A DNA stretch of 64,000 nt from Moniliella sp. 'wahieum' (Eukaryota), in the NCBI GenBank assembly GCA_003971905.1, contig RSEE01000066.1, positions 62,001 through 126,000 of the forward strand, written 5' to 3'. The notes beneath the pieces are model-generated. The model made no database searches. It saw only the letters and a program-made list of their open reading frames with translations, and was not told the origin of the DNA. Each line of letters starts with the position of its first letter. Position 1 is the first letter of the stretch. The position numbers were made by a program, and so were the translations under genes. This document shows, in pieces, positions 51,593 through 64,000 of this stretch.

Positions 51593-53817
51593 GCTCGCGA
51601 GCGAGAGGCGGTGGTGGTGGCGGGGGGGTGGGGCATGGAGGGGCGCGTGGGGCTGCTGGAGTTCTGTGGGCTGGCCAATAAGGCGGCTGGACAGGCAGGC
51701 AGAGGGTGATGCATGCGTGATGGGCTGCGGCTGCGTGCTGAGAGACGCGGTGGGTGACGGGGTGTGGTGGGTGACAGGCGCCGCGCTGCTCTCCTGGCGC
51801 TCGCGCGTGGCCGCCTGCCCCACGTGACGCCGCCTGCGCTCAGTCCACGCACGCGCGCCCAACCCTACTGCCCCACCCGCCGGCGCACAGGCGCCCTGCC
51901 CATGCCCGGGAGTAGGGTTGCTGCCCAACCCTATCACCCTCCTTTCGGCGCACTGCCCGGCCAGCGCTGCGCCGCCTCGCCCGGCCTTCTGGACCACATG
52001 GCCGCATCCATCATGCATCAGCGCCATCAGCCTCCCCATCCTGCAGGCGCTCATGCACTCATGCATCATGAGCAGCAGCAGCACACCTCACGCGTCACAC
52101 TCACGCCCTACGCCTTGCGCCTTACGCCCCTGTGCGCTGCGCATGGCCAGTTGACAATAATCTACTGGCGGACCCTCCCGCTGGAACATCCATCCACCCA
52201 CACGCCTCTTCCTGCGTCCGCCGCCTGCTCCCCCATCTCTACATCGATCCTTCCCTCTTTGCCTCTCCCTGCCTCATCCCCTTTTTTCTTGTTTCTCCGG
52301 ACCCGCGTAGGTCTCTCTGCTGTGGTCATTATCCTTTGTACCCCTCCAAAATAGCACCCTTCTGGCCTCTCTTCCTTTCACGCTTCAAGCTTCAAGCTTC
52401 AGCATCTGCGGCACAAGCTTCTCCCTTTGGTGTAGTAAGGTTCATTCCTTGACGTTATCTCATCCCTTCAATGGTGGCATCCAACCGAGACTGGCAAGGC
52501 GCCCAAGCCGGTCAATACCTTTTGCACACATACCCCCTGATGGTGCCATTGAACATCGTATTACACAGGAGGATGGCCGATGGCGTGGGCATTCCCCCCC
52601 CCCCTATTTGCCGTTCTTTTGCCTTTTTCTTTCCCAACACACAGCATCAGGCCATGCGATCCTCCGCACTTGACGCTGCTCCCCATACTTCTGGCCAAGG
52701 TCGCTTCGTTCCCTCTCCACGCCCGGTCTGTGGCAATATATCGAAACCCCCATGAAGAGCTAAAGCCGATGAGCGACTGAACGCTGCCCGGCACGCCAGC
52801 CGTGTCACCCCGCCCCTCTCTTGCTTTGCCCGCCGCAAGAAGAAACACGCCGGGGATACGTTGAGCATCTGAGAACTGTGAGCCCATGGTCGTCCCACAT
52901 ATCTGCCATGGCAGGCCATGGCCTCTGCCGCCAATCGGACGGCGGGACCAGCCGTCGGCGGAGATAGGCACATTTTCAGCCGCTTGCTGCCAGGGTCGAC
53001 TGGGTTGTGCCTGGGTGCCTCTTCGCAGCGAGTAACACAGGAGATTTCAGAAAGAGGTGCCACAGCACCGCTGTCTTTTCAACTCCAAATTCGCCCCTGG
53101 GGCAGACAGGAGTCAAAGCTACCGTCGGAACCCAATAATCAAGCTCTAGTCTACGCGCAAAAGGGGCACAACCTGGCACTACTTACACGAACGTGGGGAG
53201 GTGCACCCATACTAATACGCCTTCACATTAGCTGTGGGGGTCACGCGGTCACGCGTCACCGGACTCCCCCTGGCACTTTCCAACAGAGCTTGCCCCGTTT
53301 GGGACCAACGGCTCGACTACCCCAGCCTCAAGCAAGCAACAATGCCGCTGTATCGCCCCAAGTCGACATGGGACGGATGATGCACATCGTGTGATGCGCC
53401 TGAATCCGGAATCGGAACCGGATTCCAGATCGTTGGGCCAGGCGTACCGTGCCCCTGTGTTGGCTAAGTGGTGTTCATGAATTTGCCCCATCCCGGCTTG
53501 GAAGTTGAGGTGCGAGCTGGCGTCACCTGCTGCTACCCACGCTCACGCACGCTCACGCGCTCACGGCTTGAAGCTTCATCACATGCTTCACTTCGTGAAA
53601 AGCGGCACGCGCGCGCTCCGCCGACGCAACACAAACGTGCGCCACACGTCGAGCTCCCTGTGGTGCGGTCGGCATCACGTGATCCCGCCCCCTTTCTCTA
53701 GCTCTCAGGCCCCAGGCCGTCGGAGACTTGGAAGGGGCTTGGAGCTGGAAGCTAGACGCAAGGTCTAAGGAGGGGGGCGGGGGGCATATGTCTATCCTTG
53801 TCTGTAGAACGCCCTCA

Positions 53818-55936
<2,119 letters not shown>

Positions 55937-56852
55937 GGGAATGTGTCACTGGCTGGTGGTGGCCAAGAAGAAGAAACCCGGGTTCGAGTCGATGGACAGA
56001 AACCCGGGACGCGTTACGCGCCAAATTCGCGTCGCGCATCGATCGCGCCACAATCCGCAATTGAATATTGCGAGCGGAAAAGATTTGAGTATGGCACGGT
56101 TTGATAATGTTGACAGCGAGTGACATGTTCTCACCCAGGCAACTGACTGCAGTTGTGAACGTGCGAACGTTTTGAAAATACACGCACTTCCCATCGATGC
56201 ATTCTCAGTCTCCCAGGACTCAGCCCCTGAGCTCCTGAGACTCAATGAGGCCTGAGGGTGCACTGGTGTGGATGGACTCGGTACCGATGAAGGTATCACA
56301 GTGCTCACGCTGAGTTTGCCCAGTCCACCAACGAAACACACCATGTGCTGAAAATAAAAGAACACACGGATGGCTGCTAGGTTCAACGTCAATTCCGTTA
56401 GTTTTGGCCAGGGGTGTGGTGGATAGGCGCAGCTTTTCATTCTTTCTCGCCGTCTTCAGCAGCTTCAGCGTCGCAACTGATATATGATTGCAGCAGGAGT
56501 GTAACACTCGTCCTCACTTTGCGCCGCATCGCTTTCCGGTACGGGCGGGGGCGTGTATCAACGTTATCAACACCACACCGGAAAGAAGGGGTAACAAATG
56601 TACTGTAGGGGGGCAAGCTAAAACTAAAACCCAGAGAGTTGGATGGGAAGCAAAAGAGAGGAGATGCAACAAGAGGGAGAGGGGGGTATAATAATGGGCC
56701 GCGTGCCATGAGGCCAGATGAGGACTGGTATCCCAAAAGGTTTGCGCGCCAAAGAGAAACCAGAGAAAGAAAACCTGGATTGGACCAAGTCTTGATGGGG
56801 GCAAGGGCAAAGGGCCGTAACAGCAGAATCGTAAAAAGGTATCTGGGCGGTG

Positions 56853-57996
56853 TCAAGTGCGGTGAATCACTTGAGCGTCCTCGCCAGGTGAAGAAACTGG
56901 AGCGTTGTGTTCTAAAGCGGTAGTGAGTGCAGTGTCTTGAGGAGCTGAAGGAGGCAGGGGTAAATCGGTAGCTTCGGTGCGGGCCCACATGTCGAACGGC
57001 CACACCTCCCCGGAAAGCGAAACGGCGCGGATCAAGTGAGTTGGGAAGCTCTGTGGCTCGGACCATTTGGGAGGAGCGAGGGTGGTGACCTTAGCCAGCT
57101 CACCTGCAGCAAAAGGTGCTGACGACGCTCCAAATCCTCAGCCAGCAGCGCGGCCCGACGTAATTGGAAATGCTAAAAACGATGCCCACGAGCGGCACGC
57201 GTTCGAGGCAAGCACATGCAAACGCAAAGTGGCGCAAAGGCAACAGTCGTTCGGTCAGGAAAAGATTCACTTGCTCGGGTGTCATTGCCTTTTGCTCAAA
57301 GTAGAGAGCAAGAAGCCGTTGGCTGTAGTTGAAGGAGCGCAGGTACGACGCGACCCACATGTGAGGAAAGGGATAAAGTTCAAGGTGAATAGAATAACTG
57401 AGGATACACACGGGGGGGGGGTCAGAGGGCACACTTTGGCCGCAGGGGGCAGCGTACCTCGCAGTGCGATGCGCTCCAACAGCGAGTTGGCCCAGCGGCG
57501 GTAGAAGGGCTTTTTGGCGACAAAGATATCGTAGGACGCTTGGTAGGGCGGGTCTTGCCACTCTTCCACGTATGGCTGCCACCAGTCGTTGGTGTGGCTG
57601 CTAGACTCGATGGTAGAGCGATAGGCCTGCTTACGGAAGGCTCGTAGCTCGCGTCGCAGCAGAAATTCGATGATGGTTTGGCATTGACCCAGGATCATCA
57701 TGAGGGTGGCAAAGGTGGTGAAAGAGGGCAGGGGCAGGGGGAAGTGGGGGTGCTGGGCCAAGCATCGTACAGGCTGCTAAAGTTGAGCACGCGCGCACTG
57801 CGCTTCATAAAGACGGAAACGAGGAGATGCTGGACGGGCCAGGTGAGCACGGCCCAGACGAGGGCGACGAGGAACGCACGGCGGGCAACGGGCGGACAGT
57901 GCGCCACATGGGCGCCCAAAGGCCCGTGTCGTGTGCCAGGCGGTATGCGCCGGCAGCGGCGTAGGAGGAGGTGAGGCTAAGGGACGCGAAGCTCAT
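56853..57996 (-). CDS. Rrt8/Lds (EI24-like) membrane protein
   Basis: SYAAAGAYRLAHD..LW.PMW, hydrophobic segments, LNFIP, YFEQKAM and F.FAC..LERVPLVGIVFSISN.VG. 3' end approximate. Confidence 0.65.
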
Positions 57997-58892
57997 GGGC
58001 GAGGCAACTGCTCGTGGGGCCAGCCAGTCGAGTGGTGTCGAGAGAGCTGGAGGAGCGGGAGGCGCCACTAGTACTTAGTACTCGTGCCAGAAAGAGCGCG
58101 TCGCCCCACACGATGTGAAATGTGAAAGCGGCATTTGAAATGTGAAAGATGGCTGCCGAGGGGAATTGCAGCGATGCTCGCCCGCCAGACGATCGCATCA
58201 ACAGGCCACCCATTAGACATCATGCATCATGCATGCGCTGCTGCTGGCCACCATGCAAGGGGCTGCCTTGCACCGCACTCGGTGCGCGCCAGACAAGGCA
58301 GGCCCAGCAGCGCACAGGCCCGCTGTGGGCGGCGCGGCAATTTGCAGCGCCCATGCAATATCCACCGCAGGCCCCGTGGCCCAGTGCTTGGCGGGCTGCT
58401 CAGCCTGATGCGCCTGCTGAGGCGCTGAGGCGCTGAGGCTGGGCGCAGAGCAGTAGACAGCAGCGCCCGCACTGGGCCAGCGCCCCAAACAAACTACCTA
58501 GCCACTCCCGCTCCGGTGTACGACGCCAGTGGGGCCGGTGTTAAGCAGACGCCGGCAGCATGTAACCACGCCTGACCAGCGGCAGCCTGGGTTGCAGCCC
58601 TCCCAAGGTGGACGCGTGGAACGGCCGTCGCCAGATCCCAGATCCGAGCGGTTGAGCAACTGCACGCTGGCCCCCCGACGCGCGTGACGTCACCCGTCAC
58701 CCGTCACCCTCCGCACGCGGGCCGTCGGGCCGTCGGGCCGTTTGCCCCACCGCACCCGGCCAGTGTTGCGGACATACGCCTGGCGCACAGGCCATGCGCC
58801 CGCGCCCACGTGTCTCTTCGGTCCATATAAGCATGCTCCCTGCCGCCTTCCCGCCGCGCCTCTCCCCACCCGCGCTCCTCTACCCCAGCACC

Positions 58893-59942
58893 ATGGCCAC
58901 CGCCCTCGACAGCCTCAAGCAGTACACCACCGTCGTCTCCGACTCGGGCGACTTTGAGAGCATCGCGCAGTACAAGCCTCAGGATGCGACCACCAACCCC
59001 TCGCTGATCTTGGCCGCGGTCAAGCAGGAGAAGTACGCCAACTCATTCAGCCCGCTGTCGATACGCCAAGAGCAAGGTACGCCCCCTCCTCCGTGCTCCC
59101 TGGTGGGGCTCGGTGTGTTCTTTGGGCACACTTTACTGACCGTTGCCCCCCCCCCCCCCCCCCAGGCCAGCACCAAGGAGGAGATCATTGCTCTGGCTCA
59201 GGACCGCCTGCTCGTCGAGTTTGGCCAGGAGATTCTGAAGCTTGTCCCCGGCCGCGTCTCGACCGAGGTGGACGCCAGCCTCTCCTTTGACACGCAGGGC
59301 ACCATCAACAAGGCTCTGCAGATCATCAAGTTGTACGAAGAGAATGGCATTAGCAAGGAGCGTGTGCTGATCAAGATCGCCTCGACCTTTGACGGCATCC
59401 AGGCCGCGCGCATTCTAGAGAAGGAGCACGGCATCCACTGCAACCTGACGCTGCTTTTGGCTTTGGCCAGGCGGTTGCCTGCGCCGAAGCTGGCGTCACC
59501 CTCATCTCCCCTTTGTCGGCCGGATCTGGACTGGTACAAGGCCACGACGGGTAAGGAGTACACGGCTGCCGAGGACCCCGGTGTGGCGTCGGTCAAGAAG
59601 ATCTACACGTACTACAAGCAGCACGGGTACAAGACGGTCGTCATGGGTGCCTCGTTCCGCAACACGGGCGAGATTGAGGAGCTGGCCGGCGTGGACTTCC
59701 TTACGATTGCCCAAGCTGCTCGAGCAGCTCAGAGCTCGACGACGCCCTTGACGCGCAAGCTTTCTCCCGAGCTGGCACAAGCCGCCGAGGCCATCCCCAA
59801 GGTTTCCTTTATTGACGACCGCGCTGCGTTTGAGCTGGCGCTGTTTGAGGACCAGATGGCGTTTGACAAGCTCTACGGCGGCATTCGTGGCTTTGCCAAC
59901 GACACCAAGACGCTGCAGAGCCTGATTGCTGCGGCCATCTAA
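58893..59942 (+). CDS. TAL1: Transaldolase
   Basis: LKQYTTVVSDSGDF, DATTNPSLI, PGRVSTEVDA, VLIKIAST (Schiff-base Lys), CNLTLL and VMGASFRN. Intron at about 59077-59165. TATAA at 58826. Confidence 0.96.
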   Translation: MATALDSLKQYTTVVSDSGDFESIAQYKPQDATTNPSLILAAVKQEKYANSFSPLSIRQEQGTPPPPCSLVGLGVFFGHTLLTVAPPPPPQASTKEEIIALAQDRLLVEFGQEILKLVPGRVSTEVDASLSFDTQGTINKALQIIKLYEENGISKERVLIKIASTFDGIQAARILEKEHGIHCNLTLLLALARRLPAPKLASPSSPLCRPDLDWYKATTGKEYTAAEDPGVASVKKIYTYYKQHGYKTVVMGASFRNTGEIEELAGVDFLTIAQAARAAQSSTTPLTRKLSPELAQAAEAIPKVSFIDDRAAFELALFEDQMAFDKLYGGIRGFANDTKTLQSLIAAAI

Positions 59943-60396
59943 GCCGATTTCCCCCTCCCTGGAGGGTGGACATGGGACACGTATTGCATGAGGGTTATTA
60001 TTCCTACTGTAGAAGTCTTCGTGCACAAGCTCGGGATTGCCTTTCTCTTACTTACGTTCGGCGTGCAAACGAAAGTAGTAGGCGCGCTGAGTATGTGCAT
60101 TGGGTTGGGATCGAGGTGTCAATCACTTCGGGCTGCGTTGAGCATCATCACTGCTTGTTTCAGCCAGGAGGGTAGGTGTGCTGGCTTGGGTTGATGGGTG
60201 CGTGGATTGACATGAGAGCCAACGACCAACACATTAACACGCACAATGTATTTTCACACCCCAATCTACTGGCCAGGACTGAACCTAGTAACCCTGCATC
60301 GGTTTGCTCAAGAGAGGCTATTGCGGACAAAAATGGGAGAGAATCACAACCGAGCAATTGGCCGAACCGGCATGGCCTGCAAGTATTGTTCGTCTA

Positions 60397-62597
60397 TTAC
60401 AGCTTGCTCTTGCAGCACGTGTCGCTTTGGTTGTGGAGCACGCTCTTGTTGTCGGATTGCCGCGAGGGGGGCACATCGAGGGAGGGGTTGTAGTTGAAAA
60501 AGTTGATGGGTTTGAGGGCCATGCAGACCGTCTCGACGGGCATGACGGGGAAAGCTGGGAGCGAGTCAGGATCCAGAAAAGATCGTTGGGGAACCGAACA
60601 AACAAAAGGAGATTCAACGTACTCTTCTACTCGCGGATTGTGGGTAAAGGTAAAGGTGTGCCAAACAACGGGATCCTTGTCGGCCACCGCTTCGTTCCGC
60701 CCGGCCCACGACTTGATCCCTTCGCCACCACGCGACTGGTTGGTCCACTGGCCAGCGGGGAAGAGCTCGTGGTCCTTGTACTTGGTCACCCAAATGGGAT
60801 GGTGGGCAAAGTCACACCGGCGGCCATGCCACGAGTCTTATGCGCCAGCAGCCCTTGGCTGACAATCGGGATCAGTTGTACCCCACAGGCCCTTGGAGAC
60901 CGGGTTGAGGATCTTGGGATTGACAATCTTGAACGTCCGCGCCCGCTCTGGTGCGTTTTCTTCCGTGCCCGTCACTTCAATGTCGCGCGTCTGGGTCACA
61001 AAGCCAATCCCATGTGGGTTGGCCTCCTTGTCGGCCGCCGTGTCGTAGGGCAGAGGCACACTGTCCTGTACCTGCACCGTGTTGCCATCGCCGTCAATCA
61101 TAGGGTCAATGCGAAGGGAAAAGATGTGCGCGTGACTCGGTGCCAAAACGCCGTCGCCCACGCGTGTGCCCCACGCACAAGGCTCGTCGCTCTTGGGGTC
61201 AATCGGCACGGTGGAAAGGATGCCGGTCGCACGCGTCTCAATCTCAATCTCACCACTTTGGTCAAACTTGACGCCAAACAGGTACTCGTAGTTGGATACC
61301 GTCAGGGTCTGCTGAAGAAGCAGCTGACGCTTGCGCACCACCCACCCACGTCCGGTCCGATGATTGGTGTGTTTCCACTGGATGCCCGAATCGATTTCGT
61401 GCATGCAGATCGCGTTGGGCTTGGGGTTGGCCTGGCCATTGCGCAGAAGCGTGTGGCCGTCAAAGTAGTGGATTAACCCGAGACAGTCGCACCCAAGGGC
61501 AAGATTGTTGGCCGACTGCCCGGCCCCCACATCGCCCAGGTCAAACGCTGCCTTGCGGTGAGTGGGGGAATAAGGAGAAGCGTACGGTACAAACATCTCT
61601 GCCAGGCTCACTGAGGGAAAGAAGAATGAAAGGCGAATGAATCACTAGTTAGTACACACACCAACTCATACCCCACAGCATGTGGCACAATTCACTCACA
61701 GCGGTAAAACGTCTCCCGACCATCAAAGGTCATGTCGTGGAGAGTGAGCCCCTCGCGGTAATTGAACCCGACGCGGAAGCGCCACTTTTCCCATTCGACC
61801 ATCTGGCCTTGGACCTTGAACGACGCGCCCTCGGGCTGAATCACTTGCAACGGCTTGAGCGTCTCGCGCGTCTTGATCCCCATCAACTCGTGCGCATACT
61901 CGGGCTCGATCGGGTGCCGGTGGTAATTGGATGTCTTTGCTGGTTTCCGGATGGACACCGAGGGGAATGTGGTGCACATCCAACACCTTCATCTCGGTCA
62001 TATCCGCAATCACCATAAAGTCAAGCGGGAAGGAATAATGGCTCGAGTCGGGCGCATCGGCATGCTTGGGGTTCTTTTGGTAAAAAAACACTTGGACCAG
62101 ACGCCGGTCCTCGGTCGCATTGTCCCGTCCATAGATCCATGTGTCCATCACCACCGACTTGGCCGGTAGGCCGAGGCGCTCCAGTTCCTTGGTAACCATC
62201 GGGTCCTTGATACACAGCGCGGCCATGTCGTCCATCTCCATGCGGTCGGCCGGCGCATGGTGATGGCGTGGCTGCTCGGTGCACGCAACAACCTTGCCGT
62301 TCGTCACATCCACCACCGCATCAAACAGACGCGGGGAAGCGGTAGAGGAACATGACGTAGATCTCGCGCGGCAAGTTGGAAGGAGTTGCTGCTGGGCAGC
62401 CAGGTCGCCTTTGCGCTCGGCGCGGAGAAACGGGAGGAGGAAGGCCTTGGGGGGCTCGTGCAGACCGCCGTTCTTGAAGTGGAGCTCGACGCCACTGCCG
62501 CAGTAGGCGCGCAGGAGATCGGCGGCCTTGGTCAGCTCGGCGGCCGAGGCCGGGTCGAGCGGGTGAGGGCGCGTGCCAGAGCAGGAGCGGAGGACAT
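60397..62597 (-). CDS. Copper amine oxidase, probably peroxisomal
   Basis: HPLDP, WEKWRFRVGFNYREG, SLAEMFVPY, AFDLGD, LGCDCLG, TVSNYEY (TPQ motif), HAH copper ligands and THNPRVE. Ends in SKL*. Two introns. Confidence 0.95.
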
Positions 62598-63772
62598 GGC
62601 GGCGGGCAGGGGGGCGATGGAGGCAGACAGCGGAGGGAGACAGAGGGCGGGGGTGTTTTATACCCCCACGCCCGCCTGGCCTGGCAAGGCTCCCGCCGGC
62701 TGCGGGGGGGGCTGGTGTGGAGCGGCAGGGTTAGACCAGGCAAGAGCCATGTGCAGCAGCCATGCAAACTGGCGCTGCCTACTCTCCCCCTGCGGCCGAT
62801 GGAAGAACGCAAGGATCATCGATCGATGACGCCGGGGCACTGGCCCACTTCTTCCCCAGACACGGCCCTCGGGGCTCTGGCTGGCTCACCGCAGCCAGCT
62901 ACACTGGCCGTGTGCCTGAGTCCAGCGCAGGTGTCGCGTCGCATATCAGCACGCACACCCTGACGCCTGGCCCGCAGAGCCACCCAGGACCCACTGCCCA
63001 ATGCACCAGTCGCTGTGCTCCCACCGTCCAGGCTTGATCCCGTGGCTGGCATCGTTGTTTTCAAGTGTGCGAGAGGAAGCCGCGTCACCGGCGCTGCCTC
63101 CCCCCTTCGTCTCCTTGCGACATCTCTCCATTGCCGCTGTCGATCGCACCGAACCAAGGAAGGGCCCGCGTGCGGTGTGCTTCACACTCCAACTTCTGTT
63201 TCCTCCTTATCAATCGTTTTGCCCCTCGCTCTCGTGGGACCAAAAAGCGACGCCCCCTATAGTGGTGAGTGACGTGGTCGACACAGTCAAGCGTCAGGAA
63301 GACGACCTTGGCACCCACCCCACTTCCTCCACGGTCGAGACTCCTACGCAACCGCAATATAGCCGCGAGAACAATAAGCAGTCCTATACCCAAACCATCT
63401 CTAATCACGCGAATCACGCGTGGCCGACTAGATATCGATAAGAGCAGCGTGTATGTTGTGTTGAAGCCCAGAGCCGTGCACAGTGCGCACTGCCCCTGTG
63501 CCTGGGATGTCCGCCGTCGGTGCAACAGAGCGTGTCGGCCAAGTGGTTTGGCTTGGGTGCATGTGGGGCTCTGTTGGAGAACCGCGTAGAATACCGCTGG
63601 GACCAAATCATCTTCGACACCCTTTCCACCCGTCCTGCCTTCTTGACTCGTAGCCGCCACCCACTTCCGCACAGCACGGCCCAGTTTCCTCCCACGAACA
63701 ACTCAAAAACGCGACTGCTCTCTCACTTTTCTGCCACATCTGTCCTCCTCACCGGCTCACCACCACACGATC

Positions 63773-64000
63773 ATGTCTGCCAAGGTCAAATCGCTCCTCG
63801 TCACCATCTCTCCCCGTCTTTCGGATGCGCTTTTGGCCAAGCTGGGCAAGGCTGCTGAGCAGGTTCATGTTACCCCGTAAAAGAGAGCGCCGAGCCCTCT
63901 GCCGACGTGCTCAAAAGCGTCGACGCCATCTTCTGCACTGTCCACGGCCTACCGCCCTACATTACCGACCTTGGCAAGCAATGCCCGCACCTGCGCCTCA
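63773..64000 (+). CDS. Start of a probable D-isomer-specific 2-hydroxyacid dehydrogenase-like gene (runs off the window)
   Basis: MSAKVKSLLVTI...VLKSVDAIFCTVHGLP....CPHLRL resembles the substrate-binding N-terminus. Only a short fragment is visible. Confidence 0.45.

Overview
Gene-dense, GC-rich, intron-containing fungal DNA, most likely a basidiomycete. About 17 genes are recognisable: ACAD10/11-type APH kinase-like protein, OSBP/Kes1, DUF89 phosphatase, Oca6-like phosphatase, Tma46, PRELI/Ups, NDH-2, BCAS3-like propeller, HAD-IIA hydrolase, SCOT, BCH-RhoGAP, a histidine-phosphatase/thymidylate-synthase fusion, Rrt8/EI24-like membrane protein, transaldolase, copper amine oxidase, a partial 2-hydroxyacid dehydrogenase, and hypotheticals. 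Three islands of lower GC interrupt them (about 2-6.3 kb, 23.3-27.3 kb and 41-47.2 kb). These contain a solo LTR with its TSD, a CRE-like RLE retrotransposon fragment, a CACTA-type transposase remnant and Helitron-like ends. Nearly all genes carry single-base frameshifts that look like uncorrected long-read errors, so gene ends are approximate. The most notable item is an Shb17-like (sedoheptulose-bisphosphatase-type) histidine phosphatase fused in-frame to thymidylate synthase, 3 kb from transaldolase. Next are the ApT-palindrome clusters upstream of most genes. All family calls come from motif recognition by eye; no searches were run.
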